From positions 1,085,081-1,149,080 of the forward strand of contig NW_005201287.1 of the NCBI RefSeq assembly GCF_000372725.1: a DNA stretch of 64,000 nucleotides, read 5' to 3'. The DNA comes from Emiliania huxleyi CCMP1516 (taxonomy: Eukaryota). Within the stretch, counting starts at the first letter, position 1. Each line of letters starts with the position of its first letter. Below the pieces are notes generated by a model, which saw nothing but the letters and a program-made list of their open reading frames with translations, had not been told where the DNA came from and ran no database searches. Below are positions 11,030-22,954 of this stretch, in pieces. The position numbers were made by a program, and so were the translations under genes.

Positions 11030-12170
11030 CTGCACTCTGGGTGCGGTCTCGAAGAGCGTCGACATGGTGAGCGCCGAAGTGAGCGCCTCGCCTCTCAATC
11101 CGAACGCGTCTCTCAGCCACGCCCGCAGCTCCGGGACGATCTGTGCCACGATCCGCAGCGGGCCACGACCCCGCTCTTGGACCGCCTCGGAGCACGCCCG
11201 GACAGCCGCGGCGGGCAGCCGCTGCGCCCCGAGCCACGTCCGACTCGCCCACACCGCAGCGAGGCACGTCGCTCTTTCCGGAGTCATGCCGTGGCGCAGC
11301 CCCCCCGTGTTGACAGTCAGAACCGTGGGATCCTTGCCCACTTCAAAGGCATGGAGCTGGCGCCACACCCCCACTCCCCGTCTCCCAGCCGCCCCGCCAT
11401 CCACCGGGAGCCGGCGATCCGGTGCGAACCACAACGAGTCCGCCATCGCAGCCAGGTGGGCCGACCTCTCCATCGCGACCCCTCCCAGCTCCGTTTTGCA
11501 CGCAGCGCAGCCATACCGGAAGTGGGCGCGCGTGTCCGGGCCGCCCTCGCATAGGTGACACGCGGCTCGGGGGCGAGCCCCTTCCAGCCGCACTATCCTC
11601 CGGATGGCCTCGGCGTCCGGCCCGCCCTGCGCCTGCAACTCTGACGCCGTGCAGCTCATTCTTCCTAGCGCGGCCCGCATGGCCTCCTCCAAGAGCGGGC
11701 CCGGGAGTGCTCTGCGTAGGCCGGCCGTCACTTCCAGGTCGACTTTCCCGTCAGCGCCCAGTCGTAGGAGCAGCGTCGCCCTCCTATCCCCGGGGCTCGG
11801 CGCGTCCTCATCCTCCTGGAGCAGCCTCTGCGCCTTGACCGCCTCTACTCGCTCGCCAATCTGCTTGTACGGGTCACCGAACAGCGGCCTCCCGCCCCCT
11901 GTATAGTAGTAGGTCGCCATCTCCTGCCCGTCCTGCGGCTCCATCGCCCCGTAAAAGTCGAGCTCCCTGCTCCGCCCACGTTGGGCGTGGTGTCCCGCCA
12001 GCAAGTCGCACCCGTGGTTCAGCCTCGCTAGCAGCCCCGTTCTGCCGTCCCACCGTTGCCTCTGGCCACGGTTGTGGTACGCCTGCTCCCACCCACCCAT
12101 GCATGTGGCGACAAAGTCGATGCCTCGGCCGTTGTATCCGTCGATCACCCGGCCCTGCTCTCGGAGCACC
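11030..12170 (-). mobile_element. C-terminal fragment of a non-LTR retrotransposon ORF (CCHC zinc knuckle)
   Basis: CHLCEGGPDTRAHFRYGC (C-x2-C-x8-H-x4-C); no RT core visible. Confidence 0.55.
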
Positions 12171-12331
12171 CCCGCTTAAGACGTTCGGACCATGTCCCTC
12201 ACCGACTTGCTCCCCGGTGGGTTCTCACGGTACCCTCTCCGACCGCATCGGGGTACCCGGGTATTGCCCCTCTCTGCTCCAAGAGGCCCCGAGAGAGCGT
12301 GTGTGTGCCTCTACTCGCCCGGCTCGAGTCA

Positions 12332-13258
12332 ATGCGACCATCGCTTCACCTATCTTCGCCACTCGCCGCGCGCGCCGGCTCCTCAGTCATCATGGGCGGA
12401 GATTACGCTGCCGCCGCGTCGGCTCTCTTTGCAAACGTCCGCCTCCCGGCCTCGATCGTGGCGGGGGTGTTAGTCCCGCTCAGCTTTGGCTACGTGCTGC
12501 CGCGAGAGGGCGAGGTGTTCAGCCCGCGCACGCAAGGCGCCCTCATCCGGGTTTACCGCGTCCTGAGCATCTGGGCCTACGTCTCGCTGGTTGTCGCCAT
12601 CGTCGACGCCAGCGTCGCCATCAACTCGCTGGCAGAGAATGCGCACGCGCCCGCGGCATCGGTCGCAGATTTGATTGCTAGCGAATATCAGCTGCCGTGG
12701 GTGGCGATGAACGTCAACTTCTTGTTTGGGCTGTGCTCGGTGTTTGTGCTGGTGGCGCTTCGCGCGCTGATGACGTGGGGGAGCGACGAGGCCAGGGTGG
12801 CGGCGGGCTCGTGCGCCGCGGCGCTGCTCTTTGCGTTGTCCACCATCGACGAGCAGGTCAAGGCGGGCTCTTTCGCCGACGGCCTGCCGCAGCTAGTATG
12901 CCAGTACTGTACACTCACGCTCGGCGTCGCCGGCGCGTCGCGCAGCCCTCTCCTGATTGGCGGCATGCTGGCCGCGGCTGGTTCCTTCGTCGGCGCCAGC
13001 GGTCTGGTCGTTGGGGCGATGGGCGCGGGCGATGAGGCGGAGGGCGGCGATTCGACGGCGGCGGCTTACCGCGACCATGTCGGGGCGGGGCAGCTGACCA
13101 CGAATGCAGTCGTCGCCGAGGCGGAGACGCTGGCCGCCGCGGCGGAGCCGGCCGCGACAGAGCCGGAGGCGGAGGCGGCGGAGGCGGCGGAGGCGGCAAC
13201 CGTAGCGGAGCCTGGCGCTGCTGCGCCGGCAGGTGATGAGCCAACGGGAGGATGTTGA
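12332..13258 (+). CDS. Multi-pass membrane protein, unknown function
   Basis: Intronless ORF with about 5 hydrophobic helices and GC3-rich codons. Confidence 0.65.
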   Translation: MRPSLHLSSPLAARAGSSVIMGGDYAAAASALFANVRLPASIVAGVLVPLSFGYVLPREGEVFSPRTQGALIRVYRVLSIWAYVSLVVAIVDASVAINSLAENAHAPAASVADLIASEYQLPWVAMNVNFLFGLCSVFVLVALRALMTWGSDEARVAAGSCAAALLFALSTIDEQVKAGSFADGLPQLVCQYCTLTLGVAGASRSPLLIGGMLAAAGSFVGASGLVVGAMGAGDEAEGGDSTAAAYRDHVGAGQLTTNAVVAEAETLAAAAEPAATEPEAEAAEAAEAATVAEPGAAAPAGDEPTGGC

Positions 13259-14159
13259 GCGCATGTTTGGTCGTTTGCCGATGGCGCGCTCGCACTCAGG
13301 ACTCAGTACACGCATGTGCCAAAATGTGATGTCCCGTTCCACTTCCAGACGACGGCCGCATGCCGCGGATGTGGTCGTGTGCCCTGACTACCGAGCATGC
13401 CGCATCGTGACAGTCAATGCACTAAATACTACGGGGGAAGGACCGTGAGTTGACGGAAATCGGGGGACGCGCGACCCACCTCGCCACAGACGGTCCCGCG
13501 CCTCGCCGCTAAGACGGCTACACGACCGCGGCTCGTGTGCGTGTAGCCGTCTTTGTCCGGAGTGAATACTCCAACGCGCTCGTCGGTGGCGGCGTCCCCC
13601 CATTTCGCCGCGCTCGGCGAACCTCGACAGCGCTTTCGGTGGCATGTGCAGCTCTTTGACTTTGTGCGCCTGAAGCCCGTGGAGAGCAGCTCCTCTCTCT
13701 GCTGCTCACACGCTCTGCACAGTTGACACAGCCTACTGTGCGGCTGCCACAGCTGTGACAGCGATGGGCTCGCCCTCACTGGCCCTCAGTCACTTGTGCT
13801 GCGGCTTGTGTGAGCGACACTCTGCTCGGCGCGACTGCCGGCCGCACTGTGAGAGATCATGGGTGTGAGAGAGGTAAAACCACGCTACCAGCGCTTGATC
13901 ACATCGGCCCCGAGGTCAGATCCTTCTACTCTGTTGATGACAAGACTTGTCTACTCGCTGGAGCCGAGCAGGAGGGCTTGGCGCACAACCCCTGTTCAAC
14001 TCAGGGAACAGGGTCCTTCCCCTTTACATACCCATTTGCATTTCTTACTCCAACCTGCTCCTTTGGCTCCACCGCCTACTGAGTCTGAGAGAGACACGCA
14101 CTCCGCCCGAAACCGCGAAAAAGTACACATTGACGCTCTCGAAAGAACCCGTCACGGGC

Positions 14160-14669
14160 TCAAGACGCGCCAAGGCGACTGAGGCGTAGAGAGATTGCGG
14201 GCACGAGAGGCGGCGCGATGACGATCGTTGCATAGTCGTCAGCAGAGTTGTACCATACCGCTCGAATGCGGGTGCGCCATCTCGCGAGCAGATCGCGCGC
14301 AGGCTCGTTGAAGTCGAGATCGACCCTCAATTGGCCGCTCGGCTGCGGCACCAGTCGATACGGAGTTGGCTCGTCCAGAGCCAGCCGCCCAAGCAGCGTG
14401 ATGCGCGCCATGCCGCGACCGTGGATGTGGAGCCGGAAGGTCTGCCTGCCGACGATTGGCAGGACCACAGTGCACTCGTACACAGCACCGGGGGTGAGAG
14501 CGGCAGCATCCGGAGCCCTCCTACTCTGCGTCAAGCAGTGCCATAACTGCGCCAGGTCGTGCCGCTGAAGAGCGCTGCCGACCCCGCTGCAGGATGGCGC
14601 TGCAGAGGGCGCGGACGCCGCGGAAACCTCGGCTGGCGCCACGAGGAGCGCCGTGAGGAAGAGGTTCAT
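14160..14669 (-). CDS. Hypothetical secreted/targeted protein
   Basis: MNLFLTALLVAPAEVSA signal-like start followed by globular-looking sequence. Confidence 0.55.
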   Translation of the reverse strand: MNLFLTALLVAPAEVSAASAPSAAPSCSGVGSALQRHDLAQLWHCLTQSRRAPDAAALTPGAVYECTVVLPIVGRQTFRLHIHGRGMARITLLGRLALDEPTPYRLVPQPSGQLRVDLDFNEPARDLLARWRTRIRAVWYNSADDYATIVIAPPLVPAISLRLSRLGAS

Positions 14670-14827
14670 CCACGATAGAACAGCAGCTGCTGCGCTCGGA
14701 CCGGCGCCCGTCCGTCCTGGAAGATTCAGGATCAAAAAGAAATAAAAAATTGTTCTGACGAAGGTGTATTTAGAAAGCTAACATCTCTCTCTCTCTCTCA
14801 AGAAAGCTAGCGGTGGGGGCGCGCGAG

Positions 14828-14874
14828 AGAGATTTTTAGCCATACCAAACAACTCAAACACTCACACGTCATTT
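14828..14874 (-). mobile_element. 47-bp 3' terminus of CRE-like element
   Basis: TSD CGCGCGAG at 14820-14827 and 14875-14882; matches the 3' UTR at 52414-52450. Confidence 0.8.
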
Positions 14875-14883
14875 CGCGCGAGC

Positions 14884-15490
14884 GGTAGGTAGGTAGGTAG
14901 TAGGTAGGTGTTACCTCCTGTCTAGGCAGAGACAAGGAGGGCCCCCGCACACACGAACCCACACATACAGAGAGGGACGAGTGCACGCATTGGGCATCAG
15001 AGAGCCATAAGTGTTTGTTTGTTGTTGTTTGGTTTGAGCCAAGCAGGCACACCCGCGCGCGAGCGATTAGGCCAGGCCCGAAGCCTGACTCAAGCCAAGA
15101 GGCGCAGCGAAGCGCTAACGCGAGCCATCGTGGCCGCGGTGCAGCCCCGCACGGGTTTAGTGCGCGAGATGCGCTCGGGCGACGGAGGAGCCGGAGGCGG
15201 GCGGAACTCGGCCGGGGCGAGGCCTGACCGCAGCGTCTCGCGCCACGCAGCGCGATCAGCCGCGAGTAGATGCCAGCGCGCCGAGTCGATGCCGAATTTC
15301 GCGAGTGCCTTGAAGATCGACCGCCCGTAAGTCATGCGCGGCGCACCGATGGGCCGCCGGTGGGGCACCCACGCGGAGAGCATGCGGCGCGGGGCAGCCG
15401 GTCGTAGTCCATGCGCGCGACGTGGCCGAGCCAGCGCAGCTGGCGGCGGGCGATGTACATGTCGATCGAGAGCCGGCCGTATGCTGCGAC
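14884..15490 (-). mobile_element. 5'-truncated RTE-clade non-LTR retrotransposon
   Basis: QLRWLGHVARMDYDRLPRRML..RRPIGAPR..W..LAADRAAWR (frameshifted); (CCTA)n tail at 14884-14908. Confidence 0.8.
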
Positions 15491-15929
15491 AAACCATTTC
15501 TGGAAATGTTGTCGATAAATTTAGCGGGAGCACGGTCGGAAGGGCGCTTTTGTCGCTTTCGCGGCAACACCGAGGCTTTCTACCGGAACATGGTCTACCA
15601 CCACCACCCTCGCCCAGGGATCTACAATGCTGTCTTGAGGTCCGACAGGTTCGGCACCGGGCACCGCCTCGGTATACAAAATGCGCCTGCGGGCGGACCC
15701 TTACAGATCACAGATCACCGGAACATGGTCGTGGGGCATGGGCCCTACTGCGAGGAGGGAGAGGGAGGGGGGGGGCAGGGAGAGGGGGGGAGGGGGGTGT
15801 GAGGGGTACGCCTCGGTACGGGGGCGAGGGCATGGAGGGGGAGAGGAAGAGCAAGGGCGAGAGGGGGCAGGGGACGGGTCGATGGCATACTAGGGGAGGG
15901 AGGGTGGTGGGCGGCGACCGCCGCATACC

Positions 15930-16347
15930 GTCCTATGGCGGCGAGTATCGCTACGCCAGGGAGGACAAGGACGTCGACGTGCAGCTGCTGCTGTTCGAGT
16001 CGTTCGGTGGGTTCGGGAAGGGGGTCGGCGAGATCCTCTGGAAGGCGGCGAACGTGCTGTGCAGAACAAACTGACGCGGGCCCAGTAGCAGTACCTCAAC
16101 GAGGTGACTTGGACCACCAAGAACTGGCTGGGGCTGCAGAAGCAGCGTATCTCAGTCGTTCTTCACACGGCCATCGCAGAGCAGATTGTGAATGAGCTTG
16201 CCTGCGGCGAGGGCGGTCGAGTGCACGGAGCTAAGTGCCTCGCCGTCCTCGCAGGAGTCGCTTAGGCGGCTCCCGTGGTATACCTGTGTTAGTGCCAGTG
16301 CGCGCCAGTCCCGTGCCCGGAGGGAGCTTGGTTGTAAAATTCTTTCT
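15930..16347 (+). mobile_element. 3' fragment of a second CRE-like family
   Basis: QLLLFESFGGFG..W....KQRISVVLHTAIAEQI with stop/frameshift; its 3' UTR recurs at 28487, 51895, 61272, 62827. Confidence 0.7.
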
Positions 16348-17303
16348 GCCCGCAAAGAAAAAATAAAACGGGGCGCTACCCCCAGTATCGCAGTCTTTGT
16401 TAGTATCATTTTTCTTGAGTTTTGTTCCTGATAAATTCGCGGCGTTCGCGGCGAGCCGAGCCAGGCCACGGCGCTCGGCCTGCTGAGAGAAGACCTGCCC
16501 GGACGGCAATGACAATTTACCCGACATCAATCGACGACGGCAAGCTCGAGAACTGCGCCTCCAAAGTCGCCCAGATTCGCCTCTCGCGGCGTGCTGAGTT
16601 AGTATCGCCGGTGCGCCAGCCGGCTCTGCTCCACAGCAGGGCATGCCTGACTGGCTCCTGCTAGCCGTGCGTCCTGGTGGCATCCATAGCCAGCTCAGGT
16701 GGCCTCAGGAGGTCGCCTCGCGCACGACGCGGCGTCGCACAGCACCGCTCCGCGTTACTACCGAGTTAGTATCGTCGACCCACAGAGACTGCTCTTCTGT
16801 AGGTGGAGCCGACAAACGCCGGCCGGATCGGCCCCGCCGCCCCCATCGCCGCCGCCTGGGCGGCGGCGGCCTCGGCGGATCATCCGGCGCGCCGCGCGCC
16901 CGACGGGGAGGTGCTCACCACCCCTGGCTCCTCACCCCGCCACGCCTTCGTGCAGACGCCGTGGCACCCACCTCAGGCGCCGCCCGGACTCGGTTGACGG
17001 CCGCCCAAGTGCTTGGCTCGTGCCCAGCCGACCGGCAGGCGATGCCCACTCACTGCTAGGCTAATCTCGGGCTGTCAAGCGGCGGTGTGGTGCCGTGAAG
17101 GGCACCGGGAACAAAACTACGATAGTTAGTACCGTGCGGGGGCAGTGCATTAATTCTGTCAAAAATCCAAATCTGCTCCATGGAACTTATTGGGCTAGGA
17201 TCATACGTCCGGGAGGCCCCCCTTGCGTGCCGCAACGACCCACAGTGCTGGTACCACTCTGTTCACGTTCACAGGTCGTATCAGGAACATAACTACGATA
17301 CAG

Positions 17304-18338
17304 GAGGGCGCCTGGGTCTAAATTTAGTGCGGTGTGAAGTGTTTATGTACTGCATCTTTAGTGCACTTTAGCGCGAATTTAGTGCGAATTTAGTGCAACT
17401 TTAGTGCAAATTTAGCGCAAATTTAGCGCAAATTTAGTCGACTTTACATCCAGATTTAGCGAGGTTTAGTGCGTCTTTAGTCCAGCCGCGCAGTAGGATC
17501 CAGCCGCAGCCCCTCGCTGGGCCTCCCTCCCCCTCTCCCCCTGCAGTTCCCTGCCCACTCGCAAAAGTTCCCCGTCCCATCCCGCGAAGTAAACCTGCTG
17601 ATATCAGCCTAAAAGGTGCTTTCCGGGCTGCTTCTCCGGGCCCGCCGAGCGGCAAAACGATTGCCGGGAAGCGGGGCGTGAACATAACGACTTTACTGCG
17701 ATGGCAGAGCAGACGATGGTGGCGCTGCTGTGGCAGCAGGGAGATGCGAGGGGCACGCTCAACCTGCCGGCGTCGACCAAGGTGGAGGACCTCAAGCTGC
17801 GCCTCAACGGTGGTCACGGGCACAGCATGGGTTGTGCGGTCGGAGGTGGTGCTTGCGGTGGCGCATTCAACTGTGCTGGTCCTCCTCTCGGGAATCGGTG
17901 CTGTGCCTGTGCTCAGTCGGGAGATCTTGCTCTGGAGGGCGGCATATCTAGCCTCACTGGGAGCCTGCCTTTGGGTCATGAGGGCAGGGGCCAGGCATCT
18001 CCTGTGGTGCATTCTTGGCAGCCAAGGAGCAAAGCACGCGGCCCTGGCTAGCTGTGGTGTGGCCGGGAAGCCGTGCTAAAGGTGCGTGCCCGCACTAAAG
18101 ATGCGGGACCCACACTAAATGTACTGCAGCTGCCCGCACCTAAAGTGAACTAAATGTGGCGCTAAATTGGAGATAAAACACACTAAATATGTGCTAAATT
18201 TGCACTAAATTTGCACTAAATTTGCACTAAATTTGCGCTAAAGTCGCACTACACACGCACTCGAACACGCACTAAATAGCGCACTAAACTATCACTAAAG
18301 TTCATTCACACGCACTAAATTTAGACCCAGGCGCCCTG
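17304..18338. mobile_element. hAT-like non-autonomous element
   Basis: TIR (C/G)AGGGCGCCTGGGTCTAAATTTAGTGCG; 8-bp TSD CGATACAG at 17296-17303 and 18339-18346; inverted subterminal TTTAGTGC arrays. Confidence 0.9.
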
Positions 18339-18426
18339 CGATACAGGGGGTAGACCGCCGCTAACTGGCTCGCGCTCGCTCCGGAAGCAACAGTCGAGAC
18401 CGGGCGCACGCCGTCGCCGGCCTCTC

Positions 18427-19011
18427 ATGAACACGCTCGCCCGCAACGCCGCACAGGACCATGCTTACGCGACCGCACGCAGCGCCGCTGGCGACGTGTA
18501 CGGCCGCATGCAGCGGTCCACTATGTTTGCCAACGGCGCGCTCCTCATCGCCGCGGGCTTTTTCGGCCTATTCAACGTGCTCACCCTCCACCTGCCAGCG
18601 ACGATCCTGTCGGCCTATGTGATCCTGTTCGGACTACTCATGTGTGGCTTCGCCACCGGGCTTGGGCAGGATAGGATCCGCAAGTTCTTTGGCTTCCTGC
18701 ACTCAGGCGCCTGCGCGCGTCGGCGGAGGCCGCCGCGAACCCGTCCCGACCACACCCTCACCACACCCTCCCACTCGGCCGCCGTAGGCCATGGGCAGCT
18801 TGTCTTTCTGCTCGTCGCCGGCAACCTCTCGTGGACAGCGGGGACGCTCGGCATCGTGGCTGCGGTGGCGACCAACGCGCACGGCGTGTACGCGTGGCGG
18901 AGGGGAGGAGAGAAGGCAGGCCTCGCTGCCGCGGAGGGCGGGTTTCGTGCTGGCGGCGTCGGGTACGGCGGCGTGGGGAGCGAGTGGCCAGAATACTCCG
19001 TCAACTTGTGA
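18427..19011 (+). CDS. COPI-associated/TVP15-like Golgi membrane protein; GC-AG intron 18707-18787
   Basis: ILSAYVILFGLLM..IRKFFGFLHS|GHGQLVFLLVAGNL. Confidence 0.7.
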   Translation: MNTLARNAAQDHAYATARSAAGDVYGRMQRSTMFANGALLIAAGFFGLFNVLTLHLPATILSAYVILFGLLMCGFATGLGQDRIRKFFGFLHSGACARRRRPPRTRPDHTLTTPSHSAAVGHGQLVFLLVAGNLSWTAGTLGIVAAVATNAHGVYAWRRGGEKAGLAAAEGGFRAGGVGYGGVGSEWPEYSVNL

Positions 19012-19402
19012 GAGCGCGAACCCACACGTGTTCGTGTGGTGCTCGTCGCTATAGGAGATTACGTCGCGCTCCGGCCCCTCCCCCGCAGTGCTCGGATCAT
19101 CAGTATAGGCACATAGCTAATTTAATTTCATCCAGGGTCGTGAACACGGCGGACGGCGGGGGCCCACTCCTTTGTACCCATCCGGACTGTCTAGGGACAC
19201 TATAACCCCTTGCTTGAGCTTGTGGTTGTCGGCGGGTGTTTGTGGGCTCGTGAGTCGTGTGCTTGTGTGACTGACTGTGCGCGGCGACCCCCCCACACGG
19301 TGAGGGAGAGTTCGGAGTTGTGTTTTGGCTTTTGCCGGTGTGGCCCCACAGTGCCACAGATGGGCCCCAGCAGCGCCCAGCCGCCCAGGCCCCCTCCTAT
19401 CC

Positions 19403-20155
19403 GGCACGTTGTGCGAGTATATGGGACACGATGTCTCAAATATGAGGGGTTTTGACTCCTACAAGCTCCTGACGCTATTCCTGGCAGCTCTAATGACCAG
19501 GATCAGTAGTGCTATGATAGAGGGTGCCCATACTAGCGCAGGAGCTGCCACACTCGCCCGGACCGTCCCCTTCTGGGGCCGCTTCCGCAGCCCGCGAGAG
19601 CCGATAGCGGGGCCGTGCCGCGGGTGCCTACTGCCGAGTGCCACAAACACTGCGCCGTCCCGCCATCACCTACAGGCTGTCTTGTGTGATGGTTGGGATG
19701 TCCAAACGCCACCATCTTGGCTCTTGCGACCTCACACCCGCGAGCTGTATGGGTGGTCCTGACGTCGACAGACGCCCGATGACCTTGGTGAAGCTGAGCC
19801 GTAACGCGTCGACAAGTCTCGTCTGAGCCCGTGGCGGTCGCCGGCTGAGTCACCGTGCACGGGCCGGTACCTCAGGCGTCACCTCCGTAGCCTCAGGTCT
19901 CACACTCCATCACCTCCGACGGGACGCCTTCGATGGCACGCTCGGCGGCGAGTTTGTTGCAGCCCCACAGCGAGCACGGCGTCGAGCCTACTCACTCCAG
20001 TTGGTTCGGCACACTCGGTGGGGTCCACCGAGTGTGCCGAACGCGCGAGCGGTGCGTCCTGGCAGCCCGCGCTGGCTGCGGAGCTGCAACAAACTCGAGA
20101 CACGCTTTTTGGGACATTTTCGACGCTTTTGTCCCATATACTCGCACAACATGCC
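19403..20155. mobile_element. 753-bp MITE, same family as 569-4026, inverted
   Basis: 25-bp TIR GGCA(C/T)GTTGTGCGAGTATATGGGAC; TSD ATCC at 19399-19402 and 20156-20159. Confidence 0.9.
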
Positions 20156-20237
20156 ATCCGCTAGCTATGGCCTGTACACCGCGCTATATTATAGGAGCTA
20201 GAGATGTGTCCACCGCTTTATGATATAAACTCAACAT

Positions 20238-20298
20238 AAATAAATAAATAAACACGGACACCTCTACTGTGAGATGGGTAAAAAGGAACAGGCCCCCG
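20238..20298 (-). mobile_element. 61-bp retroposon 3' end with (TTTA)n tail
   Basis: 14-bp TSD TATAAACTCAACAT at 20224-20237 and 20299-20312. Confidence 0.8.
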
Positions 20299-20336
20299 TA
20301 TAAACTCAACATGATATGACCTCTCTGTTTTATTCA

Positions 20337-21586
20337 TTATTCCCCGTACTGTTCCGCAAAGATGCGCTCAAGCACCTCGCCGGACAAGGGGTCGTCGGGC
20401 CGACCGGGAGAGCCCTCGGCCTCCGCAACCTGCGAGCGCCCACCGCCCTCGCCGCCCCCGTCCTCTTCTTGCCGACTGCTTGCCTGCGGATCAAGCACGC
20501 CGGCGAGGTAGCGGGACAGCGGGCGCGCCCCTTCGGCTGTCACGCTGCGCAGCTCGCCCCGCCGGATCTTGTCGAGGAGCAGCCGCTGCGAGCGACGCGC
20601 ATTCGAGAGCCAGCTCGGCAGCTCGGGGGCCTGCTGGCCAGCGGCGGCTACAGCCGTGCTCCCCACGGGCTGCAGGTAAAACAGCTCGTCGAGCGACTGC
20701 GCCGCCGCGCGGTAGTCGCCGAGCGCGGCCGCGCACTCTGCCGCCGCGTCCCACGCGGCGGGGAGGGTGGGGCAGCGGCGGACGGCGGCGGCGGCGGCCT
20801 CGGCTGCCTCGTCGCCTCTCCCGAGCTTGGCCAGCACGCGAGCGTGCATCGCGCACACCCGCGCCTGCCACCTGCCCCGCGCAGACCCGCCCGCCGCCAG
20901 CCCGGCCGGCGCGACTCGCTCGCCCGTCCACTCGACCCACTCGCCCGCCCCCGCCCCCGCGACCAGTGCGGCGCCTTCGAAGCGGAGCCCGCGGTCGGCC
21001 AGGTGTAGCCGCACCTCGGCGCCGCCGCCCGCCTCCGCCTCGTGCCACACGCCCGCAAACGAGCCGCCCTCCGCCCTGCCCCGCATCGACCCGGCGCCGC
21101 GCCGGTACTCTCCCTCCAGCTCCGCCGCAGCGTCTCCGCCCCCGGCGGCACCGCCGCCCTCGGGCCCGCCTCCCGCCTCCGCCTCCGCCGGCGAGCGGAG
21201 CGCCAGCCGAGTCGCCTGCAGCGCCGCCTCCCCCTCCTCCGCCCCGCCGCCGCCGTAGCTCGCCGGCGCGGCAGGCGGAGCAGCGGCCTCCGCGCCGCCG
21301 GGAGGGGCGAGGCAGAGGCGCGACGAGTAGAAGCTCTCCACCCACTCGCCCGCAAAGCCGCGCCGCCGCGCCGCCGGCGGCGGAGGCCACCCTCCCCGCG
21401 GCGGCGGAAGGCTGCGCACATACTCGGCGGCGGCGGCGAGGGGCGGCAGCGCCTCGGAGCAGTCCGCGGCCGACCAGTCCCGCGTGTCGAGGTCCTCGAG
21501 CAGGTCGCCGCGCGCCGGCCCGTTGACGCGGTCCCCGAGGATGGCGCACGCGGCGGCGTAGTCTCGGTACGCCTGCTCAGGCGGCC

Positions 21587-21628
<42 letters not shown>

Positions 21629-21629
21629 A

Positions 21630-21718
<89 letters not shown>

Positions 21719-22202
21719 CGGCCTGCGGTTCGGGCGGTTCGGGCGGCCAGTGAGGGTGAGGGTCGGGCTAGGAGCACGCCTGCTCGAGGGTGGCGGGCGG
21801 CAGGCTCTCGGCGCCGCACTCCGCCTCGAGCCAGCCGATCACGTCGTCAATCGAGTTGAGCCGAAAGTAGGGCTTGCCGTCGCGGCCCTCGCCGCCCGGC
21901 ATGCGCGCCCCATCGCCGCCCATCACGAGCTTGGCGTTCACGCCGCGGCTGCAGCGGATGAAGCAGGGGCCGGGAGAGACGCCGAGCCCCGGCGGGCCGA
22001 GCACGCGCAGGCACTCGATGGCGCGGAAGGCAAAGCCAAAGCCGAAGAGGTTGGTCGGATTGCGCTTGCCGCAGATGTTGGAGTTTGTGCAGACCACGAG
22101 GCAGCTCGGCGGCACTGGCGCCTGGCGAGGGCACGCGGCGGCGAGGGCCGGGCCTCCGAGGAGGAGCGGGAGGAGGCGGGAGCCGCGTAGCGAGGCGTGC
22201 AT
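20337..22202 (-). CDS. Thioredoxin-like [2Fe-2S] ferredoxin domain + TPR protein; intron 21573-21779
   Basis: VVCTNSNICGK..GPCFIRCSRGVN; TPR-like AAWDAAAECAAALGDYRAA; splice EQ|AYRD keeps frame. Confidence 0.65.
21587..21712 (+). repeat. (TGAGGG)~21 telomere-variant array inside an intron
   Basis: Direct reading of the sequence. Confidence 0.95.
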
Positions 22203-22638
22203 CGGTCGTACAAAATGAACTGCGACGCGGTCAGTCAGTCAGTCTTAGAGGACAGGCCCACAGTGTGAGCGTGTGCACACAAGCTCACAGCTTCACGCGA
22301 CATGGCTTGAGCACTCGGCTTTGGATTCTAGCCTGATTCTAGCAGGTGGGGGACCGCGTTGCTAGTGCGGCACCTGCCCCGGCCGATCGGCCCGGTGTAC
22401 ATCACCACGTCGCCGACCGGAGAGGACAGCGGCTAGTATTGCCACCGGCGTAATCGCTCCTCGCGTCGACAGCCAAGGTCTCGCAAGCCGCTCATCGGTT
22501 CCCTGCGGAAGGCGCTCCTCGATTCGCTGCGTCTCCGCTCGGTCGTCCATCGCCGGATCGCCGCCAGCCCCGCTCAGGTCGCGTTCGATCGCCAGCTCTC
22601 CAGCTCGTCGTTTGGGAGAGATCTCTCTCTTCGTTTGG

Positions 22639-22695
22639 GAGAGAGAGATTTTTAGCAATACCAAACAACTCTAACACTCACACGTCATTGTTTTG
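22639..22695 (-). mobile_element. 57-bp 3' terminus of CRE-like element
   Basis: TSD TTCGTTTGG at 22630-22638 and 22696-22704. Confidence 0.75.
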
Positions 22696-22954
22696 TTCGT
22701 TTGGTCACCGAGGAGAGAGAGAGAGAGAGATTGTGTGTGTTTGTTCCGAGGAGTCGCGAGTCGGAGCGCCTCAAACTCCAGGACGTGCCACCTGGACGCA
22801 TCCCTCCTTGTCCCGCTTATCGAATTTGTGCACTCGTATCACACTCGTGCCGTATCACACTCGTGCCGTATCACAGATAAAAGAAAAATCTGTCGGTGTG
22901 AGGCCTCCTTGCTGCGTGTCCAGCCCACGGAGCGTCCGTGTTGTCGTACCAGCC

